From NCBI RefSeq assembly GCF_964213995.1, contig NC_135823.1, positions 64,356,001 to 64,420,000 of the forward strand: a DNA stretch of 64,000 bases, given 5' to 3'. Below are positions 51,001 through 60,618 of this stretch, one piece after another. The notes under the pieces are model-generated. The model had not been told where the DNA came from. It worked only from the letters and a program-made list of their open reading frames with translations, and did no database searches. The position numbers and the translations under genes are program-made. Origin of the DNA: Mustelus asterias (lineage: Eukaryota). Numbering within the stretch: the first letter of the stretch is position 1; every line of letters starts with the position of its first letter.

Positions 51001-51672
51001 ATTCAAAAGTCTGATGGCAGCAGGGAAGAAGCTGTTCTTGAGTCGGTTGGTGCGTGACCTCAGACTTTTGTATCTTTTTCTCGACGGAAGAAGGTGGAAG
51101 GGAGAATGTCCGGGGTGCGTGGGGTCCTTAATTATGCTGGCTGCTTTTCCAAGGCAGCGGGAAATGTGGACAGTGTCAGTGGATGGGAGGCTGGTTTGCG
51201 TGATGGACTGGGCTACGTTCACAACCCTTTGTAGTTTCTTGCGGTCTTGGGCAGAGCAGGAGCCACACCAAGCTGTGATACATCCAGATAGGATGCTTTC
51301 TGTGGTGCATCTACTGCCTTCATATCTGATATTAATTTGATTTTGGAACTGATGAACTGGATTTGTGAAAGCAGGATGATCCCTCTCCATTTTCCCCATC
51401 CTCTCTCTTAGTCTTCCAGTGTTTTGCAATTTATAATCTGTTCAATCCTAACCCCAGTGCTGGTAAATGGAGCTCAGGTGGGAGATCAGATGTTTCTCGC
51501 GTGTTGGTGCAGGCTCGTAGGGCCTCTTCTGCACTGTATGATTTCTTTGAATTTTGACATTAATATCAATCTTTTCTGATTTATTATTTTCCTGTAGGTG
51601 TTTAAGAAAGCAAAGGCGCTGGGCCAGTCTGAAAACGATATGTCTGCAGTATACCTGGCCTGCAACCAGTGA
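12052..51672 (+). CDS. GLYR1: GLYR1 (NPAC/NP60, cytokine-like nuclear factor): 16 coding exons, 1515 nt, 504 aa; PWWP, AT-hook, LSD2-binding linker, inactive beta-hydroxyacid dehydrogenase domain
   Basis: Exons 12052-12089, 12271-12307, 13995-14074, 16551-16674, 22876-23007, 23298-23366, 28688-28741, 34600-34650, 38096-38169, 40863-40962, 42321-42431, 42627-42728, 45050-45212, 46982-47161, 48854-48978, 51598-51672; all GT-AG with consistent phases and an open frame to TGA. Confidence 0.96.
12271..12307 (+). CDS. GLYR1: GLYR1 exon 2 ([16 protein letters not shown] motif)
   Basis: ttttcag| ... AAG|gtgagt. Confidence 0.95.
12415..12855 (+). repeat. Degenerate ~90-bp tandem repeat (~4 units), 4th unit interrupted by a Rex1 tail (~12692-12795, minus)
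   Basis: Recurrent attgtggtg..tgttggaattca..ccaaagat..gactgactgaccc..gaacc..gaggagg. Confidence 0.7.
13476..13765 (-). mobile_element. V-SINE (HE1-like)
   Basis: Same head, body and tail as 3295-3597. Confidence 0.8.
13995..14074 (+). CDS. GLYR1: GLYR1 exon 3 ([27 protein letters not shown])
   Basis: tttaag| ... CA|gtaagt. Confidence 0.95.
14340..14690 (-). mobile_element. Old CR1 3' fragment
   Basis: ggccattcagcctctt..cctgttctgccattca..atcatggctga..ttccagatttccactaccct, typical reverse-strand CR1 3' end. Confidence 0.55.
16551..16674 (+). CDS. GLYR1: GLYR1 exon 4 ([41 protein letters not shown])
   Basis: ttttgcag| ... AAG|gtaagg. Confidence 0.95.
17440..18480 (+). mobile_element. L2-like LINE 3' fragment with a nested V-SINE (17981-18280, minus)
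   Basis: [37 protein letters not shown] motifs; tail gtgaagcaccttgggatgtttt. Confidence 0.65.
18840..19974 (-). mobile_element. 5'-truncated Penelope-like retroelement (Neptune-type GIY-YIG endonuclease remnant) with inverted pLTR and 14-bp TSD
   Basis: Minus frames: [12 protein letters not shown]...[11 protein letters not shown]...[12 protein letters not shown], then [32 protein letters not shown]...AEQRQIARF; inverted arms ~18840-18985 / ~19798-19943; TSD gatatggtcttaat at 18826-18839 and 19975-19988. Confidence 0.9.
19849..19885 (+). ncRNA. Minimal type I hammerhead ribozyme motif, intact core, predicted cleavage after A19881
   Basis: tcac-CTGACGA-a-ggagc(agc)gctcc-GAAA-gc-TA-gtgg. Confidence 0.72.
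21520..21785 (+). mobile_element. V-SINE (HE1-like), CR1-type tail
   Basis: ggtcactgtctatgtggagtttgcacgttctccccgtgtctgcgtgggtttcctc...ggattctatga. Confidence 0.8.
22876..23007 (+). CDS. GLYR1: GLYR1 exon 5 (44 aa, ends with AT-hook [11 protein letters not shown])
   Basis: ttttcag| [44 protein letters not shown] |gttggt. Confidence 0.9.
23298..23366 (+). CDS. GLYR1: GLYR1 exon 6 ([23 protein letters not shown])
   Basis: cttcag| ... AAG|gtgagt; resembles human [24 protein letters not shown]. Confidence 0.88.
23715..25250 (+). mobile_element. Two consecutive degenerate CR1/L2-group LINE RT fragments
   Basis: [16 protein letters not shown]...CWLESYL...[22 protein letters not shown] occurs at ~23775-24060 and again from ~24205. 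Confidence 0.8.
24608..24703 (-). mobile_element. 96-bp Penelope pLTR fragment with hammerhead core, 7-bp TSD cattcat
   Basis: Minus: ac-CTGAAGA-a-ggggc(tcaga)gcctc-GAAA-gc-TT-gtg; cattcat at 24601-24607 and 24704-24710. Confidence 0.8.
25950..26172 (-). mobile_element. V-SINE (HE1-like), internally deleted
   Basis: Same tail and tRNA head as the other copies. Confidence 0.75.
26712..27040 (-). mobile_element. V-SINE (HE1-like), CR1-type tail
   Basis: agaatccctac.gtgcagaaggaggccattcggcccatcgag ... ggcagcagtgttaaccactgtg. Confidence 0.75.
27806..28140 (+). mobile_element. Deu-domain SINE (SacSINE1-like)
   Basis: Close match to 781-1128. Confidence 0.75.
28688..28741 (+). CDS. GLYR1: GLYR1 exon 7 ([18 protein letters not shown]; LSD2/KDM1B-stimulating motif)
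   Basis: attgcag| ... AAG|gtaaga; [11 protein letters not shown] matches the NPAC linker. Confidence 0.95.
29948..30785 (+). mobile_element. Young 5'-truncated CR1 LINE (copy 1)
   Basis: Open frame [21 protein letters not shown]...GIEGYR*, 3' (TTCTATG)n tail. Confidence 0.95.
30798..30936. mobile_element. Small MITE-like element with terminal inverted repeats
   Basis: ggccgggattttccggc ... gccggcaaattccagcc; related termini at 39201-39302. Confidence 0.45.
32340..33803 (-). mobile_element. Young 5'-truncated CR1 LINE (copy 2), uninterrupted 459-aa RT frame, inserted into a V-SINE (32292-32342 + 33804-34003)
   Basis: ORF 32420..33799 with [32 protein letters not shown]; host SINE split at cactgcaatgaa|gttactgtg. 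Confidence 0.97.
34600..34650 (+). CDS. GLYR1: GLYR1 exon 8 ([17 protein letters not shown])
   Basis: taacag| 51 nt |gttggt; same length and pattern as human PAVCYQAITKKLKICEE. Confidence 0.8.
34795..35372 (-). mobile_element. Rex1-type LINE 3' fragment
   Basis: ORF 35028..35402 [12 protein letters not shown]...[18 protein letters not shown]...IIKDPTH. Confidence 0.85.
35626..35920 (+). mobile_element. V-SINE (HE1-like)
   Basis: gtggcccagtggttagcactgctgcctcacagc head and V-domain. Confidence 0.8.
35960..36385 (+). mobile_element. CR1 3' fragment
   Basis: [30 protein letters not shown]. Confidence 0.75.
36920..37187 (+). mobile_element. V-SINE (HE1-like); an opposite-orientation copy lies at ~37530-37827
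   Basis: Standard head, body and taataaataaa tail. Confidence 0.8.
38096..38169 (+). CDS. GLYR1: GLYR1 exon 9 ([25 protein letters not shown])
   Basis: ccacag| ... AG|gtaaag. Confidence 0.95.
39460..39950 (+). mobile_element. Degenerate CR1 3' fragment(s)
   Basis: gaggttagagcggttaggcttgtatccattagagttt..aataaggggtcgctcgtttaaaacagatgaggagaa. Confidence 0.6.
40863..40962 (+). CDS. GLYR1: GLYR1 exon 10 ([33 protein letters not shown], Rossmann motif)
   Basis: ttttgcag| ... AAG|gtatgc. Confidence 0.97.
41695..42012 (+). mobile_element. Full-length V-SINE (HE1-like)
   Basis: ggggcggcacggtggcacagtggttagcactgctgcctcacagcgcc...ctgcactgtagattctatga. Confidence 0.85.
42321..42431 (+). CDS. GLYR1: GLYR1 exon 11 ([37 protein letters not shown])
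   Basis: tggcag| ... GAC|gtaagt. Confidence 0.97.
42627..42728 (+). CDS. GLYR1: GLYR1 exon 12 ([34 protein letters not shown])
   Basis: tttcag| ... CAG|gtaata. Confidence 0.97.
43335..43628 (-). mobile_element. CR1 3' end
   Basis: ORF 43416..43607 [22 protein letters not shown]. Confidence 0.85.
44337..44542. mobile_element. Inverted Penelope pLTR pair inserted in a V-SINE (44286-44797, minus), 13-bp TSD cactgcaatgaag
   Basis: TSD at 44324-44336 and 44543-44555; arms match family A. Confidence 0.85.
44452..44488 (+). ncRNA. Minimal type I hammerhead ribozyme motif, canonical core, predicted cleavage after C44484
   Basis: tcac-CTGATGA-a-ggagc(cat)gctcc-GAAA-gc-TC-gtga; stem I tcac/gtga. 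Confidence 0.75.
45050..45212 (+). CDS. GLYR1: GLYR1 exon 13 ([16 protein letters not shown]...[13 protein letters not shown])
   Basis: gcatag| ... G|gtaggt. Confidence 0.97.
45364..46305. mobile_element. Nested cluster: V-SINE (minus) split by a Rex1 3' end (~45547-45941, plus), followed by a second tail+SINE unit
   Basis: SINE ...ctaacctgcaca | Rex1 ([32 protein letters not shown]) | catctttggactg... Confidence 0.8.
46700..46848. mobile_element. Highly degenerate family-B Penelope-derived inverted element
   Basis: tctggcagca... aagggtcataaacctgaaatgtgaactctg..ctctctccgcagatgctgccagac. Confidence 0.45.
46982..47161 (+). CDS. GLYR1: GLYR1 exon 14 ([22 protein letters not shown]...[11 protein letters not shown])
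   Basis: tttccag| ... A|gtaact. Confidence 0.97.
47529..48560. mobile_element. Cluster of SINE fragments (V-SINE pieces; Deu-SINE ~47850-48340 split by a V-SINE)
   Basis: Diagnostic SINE sequences as above. Confidence 0.7.
48854..48978 (+). CDS. GLYR1: GLYR1 exon 15 ([41 protein letters not shown])
   Basis: ctctcag| ... GAA|gtaagt. Confidence 0.97.
50079..50309. mobile_element. Inverted Penelope pLTR pair; intact hammerhead on minus (50168-50204), mutated core CTGATGC on plus (~50228-50264)
   Basis: Minus: tcac-CTGATGA-a-ggggc(agc)gctcc-GAAA-gc-TC-gtgg. Confidence 0.8.
50826..51314 (-). mobile_element. Rex1-type LINE 3' fragment
   Basis: [17 protein letters not shown]...[32 protein letters not shown]. 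Confidence 0.85.
51598..51672 (+). CDS. GLYR1: GLYR1 exon 16 ([24 protein letters not shown])
   Basis: cctgtag| ... TGA. Confidence 0.96.
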   Translation: MFKKAKALGQSENDMSAVYLACNQ

Positions 51673-54600
51673 CCACAACAATGTTTTAATTGTTTCCTTT
51701 TAAATTCGGGGCCATTTACTTTGGGTTTTCTTTTATGTTTCCATTATCAGTAACTGCTCTAATCTGCCGCACTGGCCATTGTATGTTGATTCCTTTGGCG
51801 ACTGAGAGTGATAATGGTCCAGACCCAGCCAAATCTTATTAATACACTGGCACGCGGCACCTCCTGAGACTGTGAAATAAGCATGTGCCGACCAGCTGCT
51901 GCTTTTCTTTTCGGTTGTAATTGTGTTAGGATGATGTTTAAGAAGGTATGGAAAGATGGGTTGTTGACAAAGATGGATGCTAGTGTTAACCCTTTTACAG
52001 TTGGTTTTGCTGGCTTTGTTATGTACCTCCTGATGTGGTAACCGCTGATATAAGGCCAGTCCTGGTACTGCCAGTCACCGGATACAGTATTATATCACCA
52101 AGTCATCAGTGACAAAAGTACAAAACCCATGAAGCAATCACCTGAATACTGCTGAGAAAAGTGAGGTACACCAACAGTTTCAGGGCCTGTGCTGTGGTGA
52201 TTTTTTGCAGTGAATTTTATTCTCTGGTTACCGTAGTGATGCCAGTGTGGGTTGTGTATATAAGTCAGAATGTCTGTCTGGTATTGTTGCTCTGTACAAA
52301 ATGAAATCTCTTCACCCAACTGGTGTCCTGCTTAATGTTTCCCACGTGGCTTGCACTAGAGGGGGGGAAAAATAAACCACAAATAGCGCTGTAAAGTCTG
52401 CACGCTTCCTGAGCAAGTCCAGTTCCTACTAACATTTATCTCGTGGTTGTCTTGGGAGTTTTAAAAACCTGTGATGATCTTTGTATCTTTTGAAAACTTT
52501 TTTTTTTTGCTGCCTTGATTTAAAAGAAAATGTTTAGTGCTGAACAGAGTTATTCACGATTTTTCTGATCAGACTGACTTTTTTTGTGTGATTCCAAATG
52601 TTTTGGGACCCTCTTAAGAATGTTGCAGTATTAAACCAGTAGTACACGCTGGGGAGACTCGAGTAAGTTTATTTTTCTGTGCATAACTTGCTCCCAGCGC
52701 CACCCTGTACATTATACCATTTATACAATTTCTGTATTTAGTGCATGATTGTACTTAACCTATAATTATAGGTTTTTTCTTTAAATTTGTATTTATTTAC
52801 CTTCCTCAGTTCAAAGTATTTTTGTTTCATTCGCCCACGTACTTTATTTAAAAAATAAAAGTTATGCAAAACCTGTCCGTTGCGCTGTAGACCCATGATC
52901 CTTGTGGGTCTTTGCGCTGCTGATACGCTCACGTAGATCCAAACTTGGGAATGTAAATTGGACGTGGCTCCAGTTGCTTTTTTTAAAAAATTGTTTTTAC
53001 GTTACTGACACCCGATCGTTGCATGGAGTGGGTGTGGAATGTAACCTTGGTCACTTTACTTTGCGAGGCATGTGATCACTTTTGGCTACACCAAAGCATG
53101 ATGGTCAGATGTTTAACCTGACCGTCCGTTTGGACCTAAAAGATGGGTCGAATTCCATTTGAGCAGCTTTTAATGACAATGTTCAAGAGTGGCCAAATTT
53201 GATTGGGATTGGCCCTTGGATTTCTGAGTGGGACAAGGGACATTAAAAATTGGAAAAGTTAATCTAAAATGCATGCACCCCCCTGATTGCCAGCAGCCCA
53301 TTGAGGAATAGTTTTCTATTCCTGCCTGTGAAAAAGTTTAGAAATATCAGTTGCTCTCAAAAACGGTTCTTGCCTTTGCATGAACTCTGTATCTTGCATG
53401 CTCTGAAATAAGAGTCTGCCCTTGCGTACACTGAGAATGGGATCTATTTGAAAGTTTTCGCTGTGGTTCTATTCATAAATAAAATGTTTTACGTAAAAAA
53501 TGTACAGATGGCCTTTTCCGAGCTCGTCACCCTCCTTGAATTCGAGAAGCCCTCAAGATAAACGGGTTGGGCACAAATGTCAGGCGGATGGTGCACGAGA
53601 AGGACTGTGCTTAACTCGAGCCTGCAGTAACCTGTCTCGTGGATGTTGCTAACCCCGTCTCGCCAAATATATAAAGAGATGTCTTTTGGCTTGCTCGTCC
53701 TGGAATATCTTTTATTTAAAGAAGAAACTGGATGAAGGCACAGTTCATCATGGAGCACCATACCAGCTCTTTCGTTCAAGCTAAACGTTTTATTGCAGAA
53801 CGCTGAGGGGGGTCACGAGACTACTGTACATCTCTGCGTTAGAGGTTATTGTGACTAGAACCACTTTTTTTTTTCTATGAGAAATCTGGGACTTTGAAGT
53901 CATTCCTAATTTCAAGATGCATCAAAAAATGTTGGCTTACGATCACTAACAGCATTTTACATTTTCTATGCGTTGTGACTTAATTTTTGGAAGGAGAATT
54001 TATTTAATTACGTGATTAATGAATAATTTTCTTGCACAACACCATTACTGGGCTTTCACTTTACATCAAAGGTTTGTTTGCTGGAGTTATTGAACCATTG
54101 CCTTGCAGTGCACAGGGTGGCCTGTTTCTGTCATAGGGAATGGTGCACATCCCCAGTGCTGTCGTTTCACAAAAATAGCCTGTTCTGTTGTACTAATTTT
54201 TAAGAAAATCTACCTGTAAATGTTACTTCCACTGCTACATGACACCGCCCCCCCACCAAAAAAAAGCACAGTATTGCCATCCATCCATATGCACCAGTTA
54301 ATGTTCAGTTAAACCTTATCAGATAGGATTGGTATCAAGGTTACTTAATACAGATCTGGAATATCACCCTCTAGAAAAACACCAGTTAATTTGTAATATT
54401 GGCACTGGCGAACCTTCTGCAAAGGTCTTGACTGCAGATAGAACCTCCTGTAAAGAGCACTTGTGTACACAAACTACTGTGGTATTTCTGTCAATTTATT
54501 GTACTTTCGTTCCTTGCTCCAATGTAGCCTGAATTTAAAGTTGCATCCAAACTGCACAATATCCTGTCAATGCATTTTTATATAGCTTACAGTATTTCAT

Positions 54601-54840
54601 TTTAAGATCGATATTGCAGAAATTGGCTACTATTTTTATGGATCCACAATTATTTTGTTATGTACAAAATTGTATACAGTTTGTCAAATGAGTATTCGGA
54701 AGTGTAGTGAATATTTTTTTTAAATGTGTTAAGTTGAGTCTAGCTTGGTCAATAAATGCTGTTATTGTTCAGGAAATTGGTTTATAATTGTCTCTGCATT
54801 TTATTTTGGTGTGCAAATAAAAATAACGTCATAGCTTCTT
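51673..54840 (+). other. Probable GLYR1 3' UTR with alternative poly(A) signals
   Basis: ~3.1 kb free of recognisable repeats, U-rich; AATAAA at 52854, 53478, 54751 and 54816. Confidence 0.55.
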
Positions 54841-56074
54841 GCATAGTGATTCTAATAGAACAAATCAGTTGGGACAAGTACTGAGCTTAGTGGAGTCATC
54901 ACTTCCATGGGGGAGACCCAATGTGACATAATGGGCCAACAAGGTGGGTCCTTCACGGGATTTGGGAGATTCCCCGCCTCAGTTGCTGGTTGATCAGAGG
55001 CTAGCAGTACCCCAGTGCCAGCAACGTCCCTGGCAGCAGTGGGGGCTGCCAGTAATGCTGCTCGGCCCAAGGATCTCTTGACAGATCCCTGGATTTAGGT
55101 CAGTTGAGGCAGGATTGAGCTGGTCAGAGAGAGGGGCAAAGGTGGTTTTCATGGCCTGTCAATGAGTGACTCATTAATGAGCTTCTCTGGCATCCTGTTG
55201 CAGGGATGGGATTCTTGCATCAGGTGCTTCCCACCTCCCAATTTAATGAGGGACAATTTTCCTGATGAGAATCTACGGGTATCTCTATCCAATTCTCCCC
55301 ATGCCACTGTGCCTGCTTTGGTTTCAATTAAATTTTATCCATTCCGTTCATGGGATATGAGCTGAACAGCATTGGCTAGCCAGCATTTTTATTACCCATA
55401 ATTGCACTTAAGTTGTTGAGTGAGGTACCTTCTTGATTTGCTGTAGTCTCTTTTTTTCATTCATTCAAGGGATTTGGACTTTGGTGAGCTGCCTGCCTTG
55501 AACCAGTGCTCTGAGAGGAAGCATTGAGGAAAGGCATGGTGCTTGCAAAGGTTTGGGAAGAGTGTGTCAGCCTGATTGGAGAGGGAATGAGTAATAGAAA
55601 CTGATTAGTGTAGAATGGTTAAAGCATAGGAAGAGACCATTTGGCTTGTGTCCAGGCCGGCTCTGCACACCTAGTGCCACCCACCCCCCATTTTCCTCAG
55701 AGACCTACAATTCTTTTCTGTTCAGATTGAATCTGCTTCCACCACATTCTCATGATTTTGAACAACTATCAAATCCCAACCTTTTCCCAGCTTTTTGAAG
55801 CTATTCATGACACAAGTCCCCCCATTTCTGGAACCATTCTGAAAACTTTTACTGCACGCTATAATATCTTCACATCTTGAAAGGTGGTGAGAATTAGACA
55901 CATTCCAGCTGAGGCTGAACCAGTGTTTTATACGGGTTTATCAGAACTTTCTTATTGTCAGCCCCGTACCAATCTTTCTCTTTACAGACTTGGCAGGATA
56001 TGAATGCTGGAAATACAGGGCATTTATTTTGCGAGACTGAAAAATTTGACAAGTGGAGGAGAAATAATGCAGTG

Positions 56075-56337
56075 GGATGGCACAGCGGTTATCACTGCTG
56101 TCTATCAGCGCCAGGGACCCGTGTTCGATTCCTGGCTTGGGTCACTGTGTGGAGTTTGCACATTCTCCCCGTGTCTGCATGGGTTTCCTCCCACAGTCCA
56201 AAGACGTGCTGGTTAGGTGCAATGGCCGTGCTAAATTCTCCCTCGGTGTACCAGAACAGGTGTTGGAGTATGGCGATTAGGGGATTTTCACATGCAGTAT
56301 AAATGTAAGTCTACTTGTGACTAATAAATAAACTTTA
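56075..56337 (+). mobile_element. V-SINE (HE1-like)
   Basis: Head, body and gactaataaataaacttt tail. Confidence 0.8.
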
Positions 56338-58059
56338 AGATAAGATTTGAGGAAGTTAAGGTTAGACAAATGCATTTAACCAGATCCAGGCTTCATTATT
56401 TATATTAAAAAAAACCTGGTGTTAACAGTCCGTGTGCGACTCATTTCTCTGCAAAAAAAAAAACCTGTAGTGTGCACACACATTTCAATTTTCATAGCAC
56501 TTTGCTGGCAGTTGTTTACGAGTAAACTCATCGGATAAATTTTCTTGTTTTCAGAATAGTTCAAGGTGAAACGTCATGCATGATTTAGTGCAGTACTTAT
56601 CTTGATAAGTGTGGTCTTAAATTCTGTGCAGTAAAGCTCTAGCCCCAGATTTGATAAGAACATGAAGGTACACAGCTGTTGCAATATACTTCTGAACTGC
56701 AGCATACAACTTTCTTCACATACTGGGCTATATTACATTTCTACTTTAATTCTGCTGCATTCTTTGATTTTTCTCTTGACACAAATGACTTATTTTCCAT
56801 TTGTCAGGTTTTATCATTTCATAGAAAAGTGCAGAAGAGGCCATTTGGTTCATCAAGTCTGCACCGACCACAATCCTACCCAGGCCTTATCCCCATTACA
56901 ACATGCATTTACCCTAGCTAGCCCTCCTGATACCAAGGGGCAATTTAGCATAGACAATCCACCTAACCCGCACATCTTTGGGCTTAATAAATGGTCGGGC
57001 ACTACCTTAAGCTTTCTGGTGCATTTGTGATTTTTGTCTTTGTATCACTGTGACTTTATATTTTGGGTATAGATAATTCAATGACTTCAATAGTACTCCC
57101 ATCTTTGAGTTAAGCAGTGAAAGATGTGACAGCCTATGATTGCATTAAGCTGCAGTCGGAGCATTAAGAATCCCGATTACACTATGCAAATTGCCATCAT
57201 TTTATTTTGGCTTTTATATATTACGTTTATGTTCAAATGCTTGATGTTTTGTTTTCTAGTTTATGCTGCTGTGCCAGCATGGTGCTTTGTAAGGGTAGAG
57301 ACTTCAATGTCTATCACATGGCTGCACAGGAATCTTTCTGATCTTACTACCTGCCATTGGTGTAGGTGGGAAAGACGTGCAAGTTGATACTCCATTGTAG
57401 AGCCATAGAAATGTTAGAGAAGGAGGCCATTTGCCCACCAAGATCATCATGTCTTGGGGTACAACTTGAACTTGGGAGTTTATGGCTCAGTAGATAGGAA
57501 TGCTGCAAGAATAGACTTTATAAAATATTTGGAAGAACATCACAAACTGACTATTGCAGAAAGAGCAATGATAATCATGTGTATATCGATCATGTTGTAC
57601 TGTTGGAATGCTGAAGAAATATCAGAGACCTTTCAACATGATCATTACAAAGAGTGCAATGCTATTTAACTTGAGCAGGTGGCTGCCTAAGACCTTTCAG
57701 CCATAGTGCACCGAGCGGAGGGGAATTGTAGAGAACTCTTTGGGCTGTATCACATTGAATGTATATGGCGTTTGTTACAGTTTCCTCCCGCAGTCCAAAG
57801 ATGTGCAGGTTGGGTGGATTGGCCATGCTAAATTGTTCCTTAGTGTTCAAAGATGCGTTGGGAAGGTGAGGGTGGGTTAGCAGGGTAAATGTGTGGTGTG
57901 GGAGGTTAGCAGGATAAATGTGGGGGGGGGGGGCTCTGGGGAGAGGCCTGGCTGGGATGGTCTGTTAGGGTCAGTACAGACTCGATGGGCTGAGTGGTCT
58001 CTGTTGGGATTGTGTTTAGGATCCAATTGCCTCCCTCAATCCCTGCCTCCTGCCCCAGC

Positions 58060-58308
58060 AGTGAGCAGCTGTTGGGCTGGGAGCCGTGCTCTCTGGGCCG
58101 GGACGCTGCTGGGGGACAGAGGGGCAATAGCCGGGTTGTCTGCCCATCCCCCAGGGCCCGCACCGGGAGGCGGAGGGGCAGCGCCGAGGACCGGGTTTCC
58201 GCAGGGGCGGGGGCGGGGGGTGGCGCTTAGAGCGGGGCACAGCCGGAAGAGGTGGAGTGGTTTTGCGGCGGACACCGGAAGTGGTGCTCTCGCCCTTCAG
58301 TCAGCGGG
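58060..58308 (+). promoter_or_regulatory. CpG-rich ROGDI promoter
   Basis: GC boxes 58204-58218; ETS motifs CCGGAAG 58243-58249 and ACCGGAAGT 58274-58282. Confidence 0.7.
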
Positions 58309-58344
58309 ATGGCGGCGGCGAGCGATGCGGAGAGAGGCGTGTTG
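58309..58344 (+). CDS. ROGDI: ROGDI first coding exon (MAAASDAERGVL); exon 2 not found in the window
   Basis: gggATGG start, phase-0 donor TTG|gtgaga; resembles human ...MAATAAERAVL exon 1; ROGDI follows GLYR1 in the same orientation in human. Confidence 0.72.
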
Positions 58345-58439
58345 GTGAGACACAGACACCGACACCCAGAGACACACACACACACACAGACCCTCAACCC
58401 GGGGAGAGAGAGCCCACTCTGCCAGGGAGACCAGAACCG

Positions 58440-59601
58440 GGGGGGGAGGAGGAGGCTGCGGATACGGGGGGGGGAGGAGGGGGCTGCGGATACGGGGGGG
58501 GGAGGAGGGGGCTGCGGATACGGGGGGGGGAGGAGGGGGCTGCGGATACGGGGGGGGGAGGAGGGGGCTGCGGATACGGGGGGGGGAGGAGGGGGCTGCG
58601 GATACGGGGGGGGGAGGAGGGGGCTGCGGATACGGGGGGGGAGGAGGGGGCTGCGGATACGGGGGGGGGAGGAGGGGGCTGCGGATACGGGGGGGGAGGA
58701 GGGGGCTGCGGATACGGGGGGGAGGAGGGGGCTGCGGATACGGGGGGGGGAGGAGGGGGCTGCGGATACGGGGGGGGGAGGAGGGGGCTGCGGATACGGG
58801 GGGGGGAGGAGGGGGCTGCGGATACGGGGGGGGGAGGAGGGGGCTGCGGATACGGGGGGGGAGGAGGGGGCTGCGGATACGGGGGGGAGGAGGGGGCTGC
58901 GGATACGGGGGGGGAGGAGGGGGCTGCGGATACGGGGGGGGAGGAGGGGGCTGCGGATACGGGGGGGGAGTGGAGGAGGGGGCTGCGGATACGGGGGGGA
59001 GGAGGGGGCTGCGGATACGGGGGGGAGGAGGGGGCTGCGGATACGGGGGGGGGAGGAGGGGGCTGCGGATACGGGGGGAGGAGGAGGGGGCTGCGGATAC
59101 GGGGGGGGAGGAGGGGGCTGCGGATACGGAGGGGGGGAGGGGGGAGGAGGGGGCTGCGGATACGGGGGGGAGGAGGGGGCTGCGGATACGGGGGGGGGGG
59201 GAGGAGGGGGCTGCGGATACGGGGGAGGAGGGGGCTGCGGATACGGGGGGGGAGGAGGGGGCTGCGGATACGGGGGGGAGGAGGGGGCTGCGGATACGGG
59301 GGGGAGGAGGGGGCTGCGGATACGGGGGGGGGAGTGGAGGAGGGGGCTGCGGATACGGGGGGGAGTGGAGGAGGGGGCTGCGGATACGGGGGGGGGAGTG
59401 GAGGAGGGGGCTGCAGATACGGGGGGGGAGTGGAGGAGGGGGCTGCGGATACGGGGGGGAGGAGGGGGCTGCGGATATGGGGGGGAGGGGAGGAGGGGGC
59501 TGCGGATACGGGGGAGGAGGAGGCTGCGGATACGGGGGGAGGGGGCTGCGGATATGGGGGGGGAGGGGGCTGCGGATACGGGGGGGAGGGGGCTGCGGAT
59601 A
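58440..59601 (+). repeat. G-rich minisatellite, unit ~GGAGGAGGGGGCTGCGGATAC(G)n (27-30 bp), roughly 40 copies
   Basis: Directly visible; degenerate gcggatacc copies continue to ~60800. Confidence 0.97.
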
Positions 59602-60242
59602 CCTGGGTGAAGAGGGGCTGTGGATGGATGGCCGCAGGTGAAGGATTGACTGCGGATACCTGGAGGGGGATGAGGGTCTACAGGTTCCCAAGGGGGCTGG
59701 GGCGGGGGGGCTTTGTATACCCATTGCAGGAGCTGCAGCTATCTGGAAAGTAAAAGGTGGTGATGAAGGAATGGCGGGGCAGGGGGGCGGGGTCAGATAA
59801 TGCAGTTTGGGTACTAGCGATGGAGACAAAGCTGGGATGGTGGATATCGGTGATCTGGATACCTTGGGGACAGATATCCATGGGTGGGTATGCATTCTAA
59901 ATGGTATCTGAGGGGTGGGGGGGGAATGCAGGGAGTCCAGGTTCTGAGAGGGTGGATAACAGGGGGGGGGGGGGGGGGGGGTAATGGAGTTTGGGTTCTT
60001 GAAGGCAGACGTGACAGCTGATTCCTGGTGCGGTGGATACCAGGGTTTTGGTACCTGGAAGTCAGATACCTAGCAGGCTGGATACCTGAGGGTCATATAC
60101 AGGCGAGAGCAGCAGATAATGGGGGTCCTGGTAGTGGGGAGGATATGATGTGGAGATGCCGGCGTTGGACTGGGGTAAACACAGTAAGAAGTTTAACAAC
60201 ACCAGGTTAAAGTCCAACAGGTTTATTTGGTAGCAAAAGCCA

Positions 60243-60280
60243 CACAAGCTTTCGGAGCTGCAAGCCCCTTCTTCAGGTGA
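60243..60280 (-). ncRNA. Minimal hammerhead ribozyme motif, intact core
   Basis: tcac-CTGAAGA-a-ggggc(ttgca)gctcc-GAAA-gc-TT-gtg. Confidence 0.7.
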
Positions 60281-60580
60281 GTGGGAATTCTGTTCACAAA
60301 CAGGGCATATAAAGACACAAACTCAATTTACATGAATAATGGTTGGAATGCGAATACTTACAACTAATCAAGTCTTTAAGAAACAAAACAATGTGAGTGG
60401 AGAGAGCATCAAGACAGGCTAAAAAGATGTCTGGAGACAATACACACCTTTTTAGCCTGTCTTGATGCTCTCTCCACTCACATTGTTTTGTTTCTTAAAG
60501 ACTTGATTAGTTGTAAGTATTCGCATTCCAACCATTATTCATGTGTCTTTATATGCCCTGTTTGTGAACAGAATTCCCAC

Positions 60581-60618
60581 TCACCTGAAGAAGGGGCTTG
60601 CAGCTCCGAAAGCTTGTG
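60581..60618 (+). ncRNA. Minimal hammerhead ribozyme motif, intact core, predicted cleavage after U60615
   Basis: tcac-CTGAAGA-a-ggggc(ttgca)gctcc-GAAA-gc-TT-gtg. Confidence 0.7.

Noticed and set aside
58440-59601. Regular repeats resembling a CRISPR array
   Set aside because: No unique spacers, only variable G runs; eukaryotic context and no cas genes
58252-59895. Long Gly-rich/Pro-rich ORFs (452, 498, 532 and 223 aa)
   Set aside because: Artefacts of a stop-free G-rich minisatellite, open in several frames on both strands; the real ROGDI exon ends at the donor at 58344
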